Shown: in pieces, positions 24,015 to 37,477 of the stretch
Numbering within the stretch: the stretch's first letter is position 1
How the letters are laid out: the number at the start of each line of letters is the position of its first letter
Notes under the pieces: model-generated
The model's database searches: none
What the model saw: the letters and a program-made list of their open reading frames with translations, nothing else
Told to the model about the DNA's origin: nothing
DNA from: Lytechinus pictus
Taxonomy: Eukaryota
Length of the DNA: 64,000 nucleotides
Reading direction: 5' to 3'
NCBI RefSeq assembly: GCF_037042905.1
Contig: NC_087250.1
Coordinates: 24,368,001-24,432,000 of the forward strand
Made by a program: the position numbers and the translations under genes

Positions 24015-25416
24015 CAGTGCGTATAACAAAAAACGGGACAGATTTGAAAAGTCTATAAAAAAATTGTTTCAAATTATTATATCTATATTTTGATGTTAAT
24101 ATATGCTCTGATATCTTTTCTTTGAAATGCAATTTTAAAAAGTATATTTTGTACATGCTTGAGCGAACATGGGACGTTTTTGTCGGGGGTTCAAAAAAGA
24201 GGCTTGCGCCAAAATGGCAGAAATGAGAAATTAGATGATTATACTTTTGGTCAATCAGCAGACTTCCTCTTAATCTTGTCATTATCTATGCCATAATTTT
24301 CAAATTATGCTGTCAAATTTCATTTACAAATTTATTTATTGACCTGAATTATTTTGTTTCATTTAAACTTCTTTTACCTTTGAATTTTCCTTCATAGGTA
24401 AGAAAAGAAGACTTTTTGTCAACCCAAGTTAGAAGATTTGCATTATTAATTGGGAGAATTTGTAATTATTCAAATTCTTTTATTATGTGAAACAAATTAT
24501 GTAATGGTACCTCTAAAAGACATGAATCCTATTTTCAAAGGATTATTGAATCCTTCAAGTTTAATTATGTGCTTGGCAGGACAAACAGGAAAGGATTCAT
24601 GTCTTTCAATGGCAATGATGTAGCCTATTGAGTCGATTTTGAAGGAGCAAGATAAGGCAGATCGGGTAAAATGTATTAAAAAGTTGTGAAGCGAGCAAGC
24701 AAAACATTTCCACTTTTTTTCATTAAAATATCAAATTTTGTGATTTTGACATAACATTCAGAAAATGATATATTTCACTTTTTATGTTTTCTGTGATTTT
24801 CCTTTTCACTTTTTGTTATTTTATTTTATTTTATTTTATTTTATTATTATTATTATTATTTTTTTTTTTTCGGGGGGGGGGGGGGTGGGCACCCCCGGGC
24901 CGATCCCCCACCCATCAGTATGTTACTGTTCAAAGGCACCATAACCTTTGTAGCACACAATGAAAGGATTTGAAAATAAATGACGCTCTCCCATACTTCG
25001 GTTGAAAAAAAAAAGTTTTTTGCTTAGAGAAGGAATATTCGAAGCTGAAAAAGAACATATTAAAAACGAACAACAACAGAACTATTCAAGCAAATATGTA
25101 GATTTGGAAACGAATTTTGGCCGCATAATTCGAAAATTATGGCAAAGATAATGAAAAGGTTAAGAGGAAGTCTGCTGATTAGCAAGAAGTCCGACCATCG
25201 TGTTTATCATTTTATGCCATTTTGGTGCAAGCCTCCTTTTTAACCCCAGACAAAAACATTCCGTGTTCGCTCAAGCATGAACGAAACTAAATTATTTTGA
25301 TGGCATTTGAAGGATAAGACGTCAGAGCACTTATTGACACCAAAATATAGAGATCATAATTTGAAACAAAAAATGTATAGACTTCAAATCTGTCCCGTTT
25401 TTTTTTATACGCACTG
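24015..25416. mobile_element. Tc1/mariner-type non-autonomous element with long TIRs and TA TSD
   Basis: TA|CAGTGCGTATAACAAAAAACGGGACAGATTTGAA ... TTCAAATCTGTCCCGTTTTTTTTTATACGCACTG|TA. Confidence 0.8.
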
Positions 25417-26220
25417 TATAGCTAAAACATGCGAAGCAATGCCATTTGCCTGTGACTGGCGGGTACATTCAACAAACTTTTCTTGTTTTTACAACATTGC
25501 CCGACTTTGATAGCAATTTCATACCACCATGATTAACACATATACCTTTTTCATATACCAACTGATTTTCAAGTTTATGTTTAAAAAAATCTTCACTTTT
25601 ATCATCGCGGTAGATATTGTTTAAAAAAAAATAATAGTATTTTACAATAACTGCATATAAAGAAGAATTCACACTTTTGTTCATGACTATTATGATAAAT
25701 TACGTATATTAGGCCTATGATACATACAACTTAAGTGAAAATCCATATCAAACAACAGATGCATAAAGCCTATAGGGCCTAAAGCTTTACTAATAAAAGC
25801 TGCTGCAATATCATAATTACATTTTGATATTACAAACCTACATAGTATCTAATAAGTTTTGAAATGTTAATATTATGCGCTATGATCATAAATGTAGCTT
25901 TTATTTCGTTCTCCCAAGCAAAATAACTATGTAAATAGCCAACATATCGTAAGACTGATAAACACAAAGGTGTATACTGCTTTTTTGTAGACATTAACTT
26001 CTACGAGATGAAAATTTTTTTTCATTGGCGTTTTCAAAGCTTATAGTGATAAAAATCTAACAGATAAGATAAATGCAGCTTTTGAATAACACTAAAGTGT
26101 AAGTACAAAATTAGTTTTGTAAAAACGCTGTACACTTTGTATAATAAAGAACGTAAATGATGAAATTCGGAACAGTTTTGCTTAAGAGGCATCACCGTTC
26201 AAACCTTTTCAATACTTGAT

Positions 26221-29200
26221 CAGGGGCGGATCTAGCCTTTGCCAATAGGGGGAGGGGGCGGTTTTTTTCAGCCATATTTTCCAAGATCAGCCGCTCGAAG
26301 ACGATTTTTTGTTTCTTTGAAGAGGTAATCCTAATAGTCACTTTTTAGCTTTATTCTTATTAATCAACATAAATATATAATATCATAATCGTTATTTATA
26401 CAGTGCATATCAAAAAAAAGTTTACACTTAGAAAAAAATCATGTAAAATCATACATTCGTAATATCCTGAAGATTTTTCCACATTTTAACATCGGTACAG
26501 ATCCATTTAAGCAAATGATGATATAACTGTCGAAAAATATTTCCGCTTGAGTGAGCACCACTTACTTTTTAAAGTAAGTGAAAATGATTTGCGCAGAACT
26601 TTGTAATAGTTATGCGAATAAAAGTAGACCTTAATCATGAAGAACATGTGGAATTTAGCTAGTAAAATTGATTTGAAGATATATTTTACCTTGTTAAAAT
26701 TGTTTCCTTGCCCAAAACACTTCGAAGAGTGCATTGCGCCCCACCCCACTCCCCCACACACCGAGGCAATCGTGACGATATTTGCTTTACACTGAGTTGT
26801 GATTTACATGAAGTGGCTTAGGATTGGTTTTCACTTTGTTTATCATTGTCAAGCTTGAAAAAAGTGTGGAGAAACAAGTATTACAAGGAAAATGAAATGC
26901 AAACCCACTTTAAATGATTAAAAAAATGCTGGAGATGTCTGATATAAACTTTTGTTCAGATTCAGTTATGTCCTCAGATCCAGCTGGCACAGAAAGGGTA
27001 AAGGTTGTTCTTACTAAGTGTTGAAATTTCGATCTGGGTGGAAATTTTTTTACAAAATGCTTAAATGCATCTGTTTTATTTCAATTGACTAAATGTGCAA
27101 GGGAAATGTATGAGAAATATTTCGCAGGTTAAGTTTGATTTTGCCCTTTCCACTTGACACAGTGTAAAAATGAGCATTTCTGCGCAAACAGATTTCTGCG
27201 AGCTTTACAAAAATGGACAGTGCTCACTCAAGTGTAACATTCTGTCAAAACTTTTACTTTTATTGGATAGATGAGACCCAAACCCAAGATTATATATGAA
27301 AAAAATTACCCACTTGTTGTACACTTTTTATTCCCAGGACTTTTTCAAAGTGTAAACTTTTTATTGATACGCACTGTATAGTGCGACCGCGAAGCGTGAG
27401 CAAAACTTTTGGGAAATCTTTTTTTTCCCTAAAATTTGATCATTCGGGGCAATGTTTTTTATCCTGAAAAAGATGTGTATGCAATTTAATAATTACAACG
27501 TACGCGAAGCGCGAGCAGAAATGAACTGATGGAAAGGGTACCTGTTAAAGACTGCATGCAGTTAGCCATGAAGATATTTCATATTTTGAAAATCAAGTGA
27601 TGCGAGCGTGAAGCGCGAGCTAAATTTTTTGGAAATCTTATGTATTTTTTCCTAAAATTTGAACATTATGGGCAATGTTTGTTATCCTGAAATAGATGTG
27701 TATGCAACTATATAATTACTGCAAACGCGAAGCGCGAGCAGAAATGAACTGATGGAAAAGGTACCTGTTAAAGACTGCATGCAGTTATCTATGAAGACGT
27801 TACATATTTTAAAAATCAAATAATGCGAGCGCGAGCTGAAAATTTTTGACATTTTTACCCAAAGAATGGAAATTCTAAGCACTTCTTGTAACTTAAACAT
27901 AATATGTATATAACTAAACAATTGATGCGAGCGTAAAATTTCGAGATTAAGACCTACTGAACGAGACACTCTATTCATGTTTTGTAAATCATGAAAAGGA
28001 GTACTTTCATATGCGTTTTGAACTAATCGAAAAGGTACCTGTTAAGGACTGCCACTTAGCCATGAAGACATTACATATTTCAACAATCAAATAATGCGAG
28101 CGCGAAGCGCGAGCTGGAAAAATTGATATTTCTACATAAACAATGGAAAATTTTTATCAAGTTTTATAATCGTAAACAAGATAGCTATATCACTAAACAA
28201 TAGATGCGAGCGCGAAGCGCGAGCGGAAAAAATCGAGATTAAGACCTAAACACTCTGTTCATGTTTTGTAAATCATGAAAAAGATGGGTAATTGGGGATC
28301 TTTCTACATTTAATAATGCGATCACAAAACGCGAGCAGAACATTTTTGATATTGTGATCTGAATCTGGATAATGATTTAAATAGAGAACAAGTTGAGTAT
28401 CGAATAAACATGCGCGCGCCTGTTTCATATTTATACGTAGAATATAGGCATTCTAAATACATCTTTTATTGTGAAAATCAAATATCATAAATTTCAAGCA
28501 CTTTGCAGGAAAATTGTAAGGTGGATATGGATCGCACTTAATAAAGAGCTGATATTTTTCATTATTATTACTTTGAGTTTTGGCATAGGACCGGTACATC
28601 CTTAGGACATGTCATCATATGAAAATGATAACTATCTTCCAATTCCTCTTGCTAATAAAGCGCGAGATGAAACAAAAGAGACAATTCAATTATTAAATTA
28701 ATATCTTATTCATTAATGCCTAATGAGGGCGCGAAATCTGATGATATAATGGCCTGAAAACTGGACATTTCAAGCACTTTTGTAATTATAACTAGGATGC
28801 ATCAGTTAATATAATATAAACCATTAATGCGAGCGCAAATTGCGAGCCTAAATTTTTTTATACACTGTAACGAAAAGGGGATTTTAAGAAGTTTGTTGTA
28901 TAATCATTATTGAGACATACATAACTCGCCAATCAAAATGCGAGCGTGCAGCACTAGCTGATACGTTTTGACAAACAAACCTGAAAAGGGATATTTTGAC
29001 AACTTTATGGAATACACGAAAATAATAGGTACCTGATCAAAATTTGCAAGCGCGCAGCGCGAGCAGAAAATGTTAACATTCTGACCATAAAACTGACATT
29101 TTTACAGAGCACTTTTTCAAAATCGATTCGTAAATCACGGAAAATAATGAAAGTTCGATTTCTGAGATGAAATATGTTTGTTTGTATATTGACTTCCACA

Positions 29201-29476
29201 CTTGATATTTAAACTCCATATTGAACAAGATATGTAAATCACCTAAAGGCAATGCGAGCGCGAGCGAAAATCTTATATAGTGTCATGAAAGATTTTCTTA
29301 TTATTTTCCAAGTCTTCTCCTCATCTTATTTTATTCACTCGTCTTCTTCCTCTTGTGTTTCCCTTTCTTTTTTTTCCTCTCTCTTCCCTTTTTTTTTTCT
29401 TTCCCCCTATTTTTCTTGTTTTGCTCCGCCAATAGGGGGGCCCGGGCCCCTTCCCCCCCCCCTGGATCCGCCTATG
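26221..29476. mobile_element. hAT-like non-autonomous element rich in GCGAGCGCGAAGCGCGAGC motifs
   Basis: CAGGGGCGGATCTAG ... CTGGATCCGCCTATG termini, flanked by TTGAT on both sides; related copy at about 55356-56731. Confidence 0.65.
26401..27376. mobile_element. Tc1-type MITE nested in the hAT-like element
   Basis: TA|CAGTGCATATCAAAAAAAAGTTTACACT ... AGTGTAAACTTTTTATTGATACGCACTG|TA. Confidence 0.8.
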
Positions 29477-29639
29477 TTGATGGCGTACAATTATATTCCA
29501 TTTAAGAAGAACATAAAACACATATCATATAGAACTACATGTATTACAGCCTATACATTAATGAGGTGAAACGTATACCCTAGCGTAATGGTATAATTCA
29601 AAGATAATTTGCCGATGTCAATCCCGAATCGTTTGTGCT

Positions 29640-30717
29640 TTAGACGGCAGGTCCCAAAAAAGTGGCTTCTTTCATCCAAGCGATATTCATGACTTGAGAT
29701 GTTTTGCATATTTAATGAGCTTGATGCGGACCGAAACACCTCTTTTCATTCGGTCATTGCTGCTCTAATTTTGCATCGAATTTCATGAATTTGGTATCAT
29801 TGTAAAGAAGAAGAATCATTCTTTTAGATCATGTGTTTGAATTTATTCAAAGATTTTGTAATATAGGTTGAAATTTTGATCTAAAATATGCTACAAAATA
29901 ATTATTTTCACCTGACAAAAGCTGCTATTTTCACACTTTATTTTTGTTTGAGCCCAAATGATTTTTAAATCATGATAAAGCTGAATATGAATGCTTTAAC
30001 ATGATATAGGTTTCAAGATAAGAATTGGTTTAATCGGGTCAAGACCACACTTTTCATTTGCCATGTACATAAAGCAGCTTGAAAACAAGAATACTGCACT
30101 GTGATCGGTCAAAGAGACCACACACTGGCAAATTGCAACGGTTCCAGTGCCTGGGTTCATGGGAAGGTTACACTTCCTCTGTGGTAATCTCCTCAAATAC
30201 CCCGCGCCTGTTGTTCTGTGAACCTTATCCAGCCAATCAGAACTCTGGATTTCATGCAAGTACAAAATTTCAGAAATCTTGTCTTGTACCTTGGTGGGAA
30301 AAGTGTGATCTTGACCCGATTAAAAGGTGCCGCGTATCAAGAGTGGCATTGTGAGAAAGTACAGAAGTTCAGCTTTATGGTGATATAGATTTCATTGAGG
30401 CTCAAAATAAAAAGTTTTGCACAATATGCAAAAGAAAACAGAGGAAGACAATTCAATTTTGAGGCACATTTTCAGGCCAGAAATTTACTTATTTAACAAA
30501 ATATTGTACACAAAATAAATGACCAATATGAAAGAGTAACATTTACTCTATCTGATGGTGCAATAATATTTCATTTAACTTGAGGTTAAAACAGGTAAAT
30601 TCTTAGAGAAAGAAAATCTCACAAATCACGAGATTTTGCAAGGAGATTCAGCCACGAGATGATTTGGATGAATCTGGCCTTTTTGCTCATTAGCATAGGG
30701 ACCTGCGGTCTGACTGT
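29640..30717. mobile_element. Unclassified TIR element of about 1.1 kb; second copy at about 41900-42915
   Basis: AGACGGCAGGTCCC ... GGGACCTGCGGTCT termini; internal homology with 41930-42915. Confidence 0.6.
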
Positions 30718-33700
30718 AGATTGCTTAAGTGTGACGTCATAAGTTTTTTTTTAGGCATATCTTGGTAGAGCATGATGGAAACACACCACAACCCAAATTT
30801 GGTGGGAATCGGTCCAAGATATGACAGAACACAGTGTCACTCAGTGTGTTCACATGATGGGCTATTATTAAAAAATGCTCAAATATAACAATGCAATAAA
30901 ATATGTTTACACTGTGGACACCTCGATAGTGTGGTTGTTCACAGCGTGTTCACTTACTCGACTATGCCAGCGTGTAATTCACATTGTTAAAATTCCCACT
31001 TTAACAGTGCGAATGTCATTCACATAGTGCTCCACACTGTGGTTCACACTGTGGGGCGCTGTATTCTGTCCAGTAGGGATATACCATCGGTCAGTTTGAA
31101 ATTGCTTTCTTTGGTGTGAGCGTAGGAATAGATTTGATTGAAAACTATGAAAACAATAGCTAGTATCCCACAATTAGTAACCATCTGGAATAAAATTATT
31201 GGATTTTTTTTTCAAACTGATTTGAGTAGGTATGGGTGTCAACATTTAGCAATAAAAAGTTAGGAGCAATGCGGGTTGGGGAAAGTGTTTTTCGTAAGGT
31301 CAAAGGTGAATGACCTTTTCATATATACTGTATAATGGTATCTCTGAGATGAAAAGGCGCAGGTTGGTGATCTTGGTGACGAAATGCAGAGTTTCTTACA
31401 AGAAGATAAACTAAAATATAATAAAATAAAATGAAGGTCAATATACAGTGCGTCCCAGAAAAGTAATTTGGCGGGCTGTATCTGGGTTTCAAAAAGAAAA
31501 CCACATTAAAAAAAAAATCAATATATGTTCTTTAATTTGATACCTCAATTACCGAAAATGGACAAGAAATAACAAAGTTCTGGTTATTGGAAATAAGGCT
31601 TGAATTTCAATAATTTCATAAAATGAAGAGGTTTTACAGGCTTAACTTTTTTACTTCTTGACCAATTTTTGTGATTAAGGTATCAAATAAAAGAGCAGAT
31701 ATTGAACTTTTTAGGCATGTGATTTTCTTTTTGAAATTCAGATACCCGTCGCCAAATTAGTTTTTGGTATCCTTTCTTCAAATTGTTTTAACTCACTCAT
31801 GCGTGAATGAGGAATAATCTGAGTAATATCAGATGAAAGAGGAGATTCTAAGCTTTACAATGGTAGGTCATTTGTCTATTGCATTTGTGACTAAGTTATG
31901 ATAAATCATCGCTTAATCTCGGTTAAAGAATAGTCATTCACCTTTGATATCCAAAGTCAAAGGTCAAAAGTTAACAAATATCCATGTATATCCATGCATG
32001 ATTTCCCCGAAAAGAAATTTATCCATTATATTCGCATTTTATTTGTGAATTTTGTAATGAAAACCTGGATGTTTAATAATTTCACTCTGAAACAAGGATA
32101 AATGAAGGTCATGAAAATTTTACTTAGGGGTGAGAGGTCGTATTAACTAGTTCAATAACGCCAGGGGGATTTAAGTAAATAGGTCGATAACTTGATTGTG
32201 GTCTGTAGGTATAGTGATTCTGATGTAAAAAACAAATGGCTTACGTGAAAAATTAACACAAAAATAATAGTTGAATCCTTGATCAATGATATGTCAAAAT
32301 ACAAGTTTGAGGTGAAATTTAGATGAAATACCGTTTCTTAATATATATTGTAATGCATTGACAAAACTGAAAAAAAATCATGTTTATAATTTGAAATGGT
32401 GTAGTTGTCTAAAGTAGGAGCATTTAGATATGCATTTCATAAATCTAAATAAAGGTACTCATTTCGTTTTCATTGTAGCTTTAGGTCATTTACCAAAAAT
32501 GTTACAATGAATACTATAAACTACAACTTAATCTGTAAATGGAAAGGATGGGCCTAACTCTTATGACCAGCATCATCCGATAACATTTTCAAATAGCCAG
32601 GGACAATGATGAAGAATTAAAATAAGGCAATCATTAGAACTGCAGCTTTTGTCATAGTAAATGAGAAGTGAAGTGTATGGTTGCTTTTATCTGGCCCATT
32701 CCATGAAAGCCTAACGTTTTGTCAAGGTTGATCAAACCAGGATCTACATGTATGTTATCACTGATATGTTGCTCAGCTTGGTTCTTAAGAACTGGAAGTG
32801 GTGCTATAGGAATAGTTCGGTATGGATGTGTACTTGTAAGCCATTATCTCCTTTTGAATTTCATCATTATATGCCTTAATTTGTGCATGATAACAATCAG
32901 TTGTTCTGGACCAAATACATGATCCTTGTAAAAAAAGAAACCTAATAGAAATAGTATCATGTTTGATGTAGGGCGGAGAGCAGATATGAATGTTTGTCAT
33001 GTTTGTCCTGCAGCATTAGCATCCCAAAAAAATTCCAGCAGCTCGTAATAAATGGTAATGATAGGTAATTTACAGTAATAAGGGAATTCATCTTGCTGAA
33101 GTTAAGATACGTAACGTCAGACACTTGGAGATGCTCTCAGATGATGCTAACTGTAACATGAGGGTTGGACCTATCCTATCCATTTTCAGAAGATGAAGTT
33201 AAAAGTATATAGTATTTATTTATAGCAATGAAGTGAGCGTCCTATCACTGGAGAGAAAGACACGGCTATCTTTATTTAGATATTATGATACATTAAATGC
33301 TGCTACTTGAGATAAAATCATTTCAAATTATATACCTCATTTTTTAATATTTCCATTGCTTTTAGCAACGCATCGATAGATATAAAGAAATATTAAATTT
33401 GATCTGAATTTCACCATGAACTTGTATTTTGATGGCATTATTGATCAAGGATTTAACTTTTAATTTTTTGCTCAATTTTCAATGCAGTTCAGTTGTTTTT
33501 CCACCCGAATCACTAAATCTCCATGCCACAATCAGGTTATCAACTTTTTTTTAACTTTATTTCCACTGATGGTCTGGAAAGAGTTCATTGACCTCTGACC
33601 CCTTAAAAACATTCTTCCTGACCTTCATCTTTCTTTACATTATTCATAAATAACATTTGAACAAAAAGGATAATTTTCTGGTCATTTTTATGTCACACAT

Positions 33701-33823
33701 GTATATATATATTTTAAAGTTTACTCTTTATGCTTATTTTGTGTTTTATGTTCTTGTACAAATCTGTGCATTTTGCACCAAGATCACCAACATGCAGTGT
33801 TTTATTTTAGAGATACCCGTATA

Positions 33824-34634
33824 CAGTGCCTCCCAAAAAAAAAGAAACCGAGATCAAGCGATGATTTATCATAACTTAATCATAAATACAATAGACAAAT
33901 GACCTACCAATGTAAAGCTTAGAATCTCCTCTTTCATCTGACATTACTTAGATTATTCCCCATTCACGCATAAGTGAGCAAAAACAATTTGAAGAAAGGA
34001 TACCAAAAACTCATTTGGCGGGGGGTATCTGAATTTCAAAAAGAAATCACATGCCTAAAAAGTTCAATATCTGCTCTTTTATTTGATACCTTAATCACAA
34101 AGAATGGTCAAGAAGTAAAAAAGTTATGTTCCCTCGAAAGAATGCTTGTATTTCCATAATTTCATCAAATAAACGTGTTTTCACCGGTCCCCACAGAAGC
34201 TATCGCACGGTTAACAAAAACTTAATGGATGGCTGATCGTCAACAAAACGGAATGTCGAGTGAGTTTGAACGCTAGCCTGTAAAACCTCGTCATTTTATG
34301 AAATTATTGAAATTCAAGCCTTATTTCAAATTACCAGAACTTTGTTATTTCTTGACCATTTTCTGTAATTGAGGTATCAAATTAAAAAGCAGATATTGAA
34401 CTTTTTAAAAATGTGGTTTTCGTTTTGAAACCCAGATACAGCCCGCCAAATGACTTTTTTGTATCCCCTCTTTAAATTGTTTTTGCTCACTCATGCGTGA
34501 ATGAAAAATAATCTAAGTAATTTCAGATGAAAGGGGAAATTGTAAGCTTTACAATGGTAGGTCATTTGTCTATTGTATTTGTGATTAAGTTATGATAAAT
34601 CATCGATAAATCTCGGTTTCGTTTTTTTTTTTTT
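33824..34634. mobile_element. Tc1-type palindromic MITE with its right end lost at the LINE junction; partial relative at 31446-31922
   Basis: TA|CAGTGCCTCCCAAAAAAAAAGAAACCGAGAT ... ATCTCGGTTTCGTTTTTT. Confidence 0.7.
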
Positions 34635-34636
34635 AG

Positions 34637-37043
34637 AAACACGTGGAAAATAATTAACAGAACATTAAAGAGAAACAGTAAAACGCAAAATAATATTAAA
34701 ATTAAATCAGAGACTAACGATTTTATTGAAGAACCTCAAGCAATAGCTGATACTTTTAACGCGTACTTCTCTCAAATTGGCGAAAAACTTGCAGAAAATA
34801 TACCGACAACTGACAGTAAATTTGATAATTATCTTCCTTGTTTTTTGTCCCTACCAACCGTGAGGAAATTATCGGTTTAGTGAATAGGTTAGAAGGAAAG
34901 AAAAGTTCAGGACACGACGAGATTGATAACCGTCTCCTCAAATCCATAATCTTAACAATAGCGACTCCGCTGGCCCACATTTTTAACTTATCACTAAGTA
35001 GTGGCAATGTACCTAATAACATTAAAATTGCGAAAGTAATCCCAATATTTAAAAAAGAGACATATCTAAAACAAAAAATTACAGACCAATATCACTATTA
35101 CCATCATTATCCAAAGTTTTGGAAAGGATCGTATTTATTAGAGTGACAGACTTCTTAAACAAACATAGTTTTTGCGAATCACAGTTCGGTTTTCGAGCTA
35201 ATCGTGATACTACTCAAGCAATATTGAAATGCACTGATACATTATCACATGCAATTGATCAACATTTACACACTATTGGAATATTCCTTGACTTTTCCAA
35301 GGCTTTTGATACAATTAATCATAATATCCTTTTAGTAAAGTTGTCACACTATGGTGTTAGAGGGAAAGCCTTGGAATGGTTCAGGAATTACTTATCAAAT
35401 AGAAAACAATATGTACAAATAGATAATCATAATTCAGCGTTACGATTAATAAATTGTGGAGTTCCGCAGGGAAGCATCCTTGGCCCCTTGTTATTTATCA
35501 TATACATAAACGACTTTTATAAATCTTCAGACGTTCTATCTTTCATTTTATTTGCAGACGATTCAAACTTATTTTATTCTCATGCAAACTCAATTACTCT
35601 TCTTTCTGCTATAAATCTTCAACTAAAACGTGTAGTACAGCGGGTTAAAGCCAACAAATTATCTCTAAATTTTGTTAAGACAAATTTTATGTTATTAAGT
35701 AACACTTTGCGAAATCTACCCGGAGACATCATTTTGGACAACACGCCTCTCAATAGGATCACATCAACCAAATTCTTAGGGCTCACAGTTGACGATAAAT
35801 TAAAATGGGACATTAATATTCAAAATATTTCCAAAACTGTATCGCGGAATGTTGGTATAATGAACAAACTTCGACATTTCTTTCCAAAATCAACACTATT
35901 TACACTCTATTTCTTACTTATACTTCCGTATTTTAATTATGAAATACTGGCTTGGGGTAACGCCTACAAGAGTGTCACCGACAAAATGCTTATTCTACAA
36001 AAGAAAGTTATTAGGATTATACATAATGCTCCTTTTCGATGTCATACTGATGATTTGTTCTACAAGTCGAATCTCCTCAAATTTCCGGATTTATTTCTTT
36101 TTCATACAGGACAATCTATGTACAAACTGAACACAAATGAAGTACCAAACATTTTGATGATCATGTTTACAAAAAACAACGCTATTCACAAAATCCTACC
36201 CGACAATCCCGACGCTTCAATCCCGACGCTTCAACCTTCGCCGTACCCGTACTCTCTTCGCACAAAAAACAATTACCTTCTATGGCCCGAAATACTGGAA
36301 CTCACTAAGAAATGACACCATAAATGCTGCCAGTTTGAACTGTTTTAAGATTAAACTGAAGAAACAAATTATTGAATCATATAAAGCAAATTGCAACTGA
36401 ACAGTCGGTAACCGATCCCCTGTACCCTCCTCTTTCTCTTTCCCCCCCTCCCCCTCCCTGACCGTCTCTCTACCTCGCTCTCTTCCGCTCATTCTCCTTC
36501 ATCGGTCTTATCCCCTTCACTCTTTTGCTTTTTTTGTTACTCCTACTTCTCTTCCTCTTTCAACCACACATGTGCACCACCTTATCCTCTTCTTCCATTA
36601 TCTCGGTATTTCTTCATCAACCATCACATCAACCTTATTCTTTTTTTTCTCTCATTCTCATATTCGTTTTATACCTGTACCTACAAATCTTTGATTCATT
36701 CTTTGAGAGGTCCACACTCAACAAGCCCTGCTTTTTAGTGGATCCCTCCATTTACTCAACTTTATTTATTGAAAAAAAGGAATTATAAAGGTAGCCTTGC
36801 AAATTGTTTTATTGAGAATGGTATACATTTTTTTTCTATTTCCATTGCATATATTGTTATTGGATAATATGATTATAACGTTAGTGTTTTCCATAAACAT
36901 TTTACTTTTCTTGTATAATCATATTGCTTGCAATGTATATTCATTTGTATTGATTTGTATATATGGTTATCATTTTATATCTGTGTAATTATTTTATTAT
37001 GTTGTATTGAGTTGAGAAATGAAATCAACTTGAAACTTGAAAC
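34637..37043 (+). mobile_element. 5'-truncated, frameshifted non-LTR retrotransposon (L2/CR1 group, Crack-like) RT, 3' UTR and (AACTTG)n-like tail
   Basis: ORFs 34838-35146 and 35119-36315: QFGFR, FLDFSKAFDTINH, GVPQGSILGPLLF, FADD motifs. Confidence 0.92.
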
Positions 37044-37477
37044 TTTCTACTCAAATCAGTTGAAAAACCATTTCCAATAATTTTATTCCAGATTGGCTAT
37101 TTTGGGGTCTAATTTAGGGATACTAAGCTTAGTTCTCAACAATTTAATGTACAACGAGCTCCTATAGATCTAAAAAAAAGATCCGAATATATGAAAGGCA
37201 GCCCTCCCGAGTTTCCTAGATACCCCCTCCCCCTCCCTAAATTAGTTATGTGCCTGACTTGGGAGGGTATTCAGTTAGAAATCTGACGCCCCACCGCCCC
37301 CCCCCCCGGCGAAAAAAGTGTGTTCAGATAAGTAGGCTTAGGGACATACATGTACTTGTCTTGATAGGGCGAAGGTGGGGGAAGGGCAAAGGAGAAAATA
37401 TAATGTGACGATATATTCAAGCCTTTCTGCCCATTTTTTTCATCCGACATAATCACTGGTGACCTTTTTCTTGTTCT

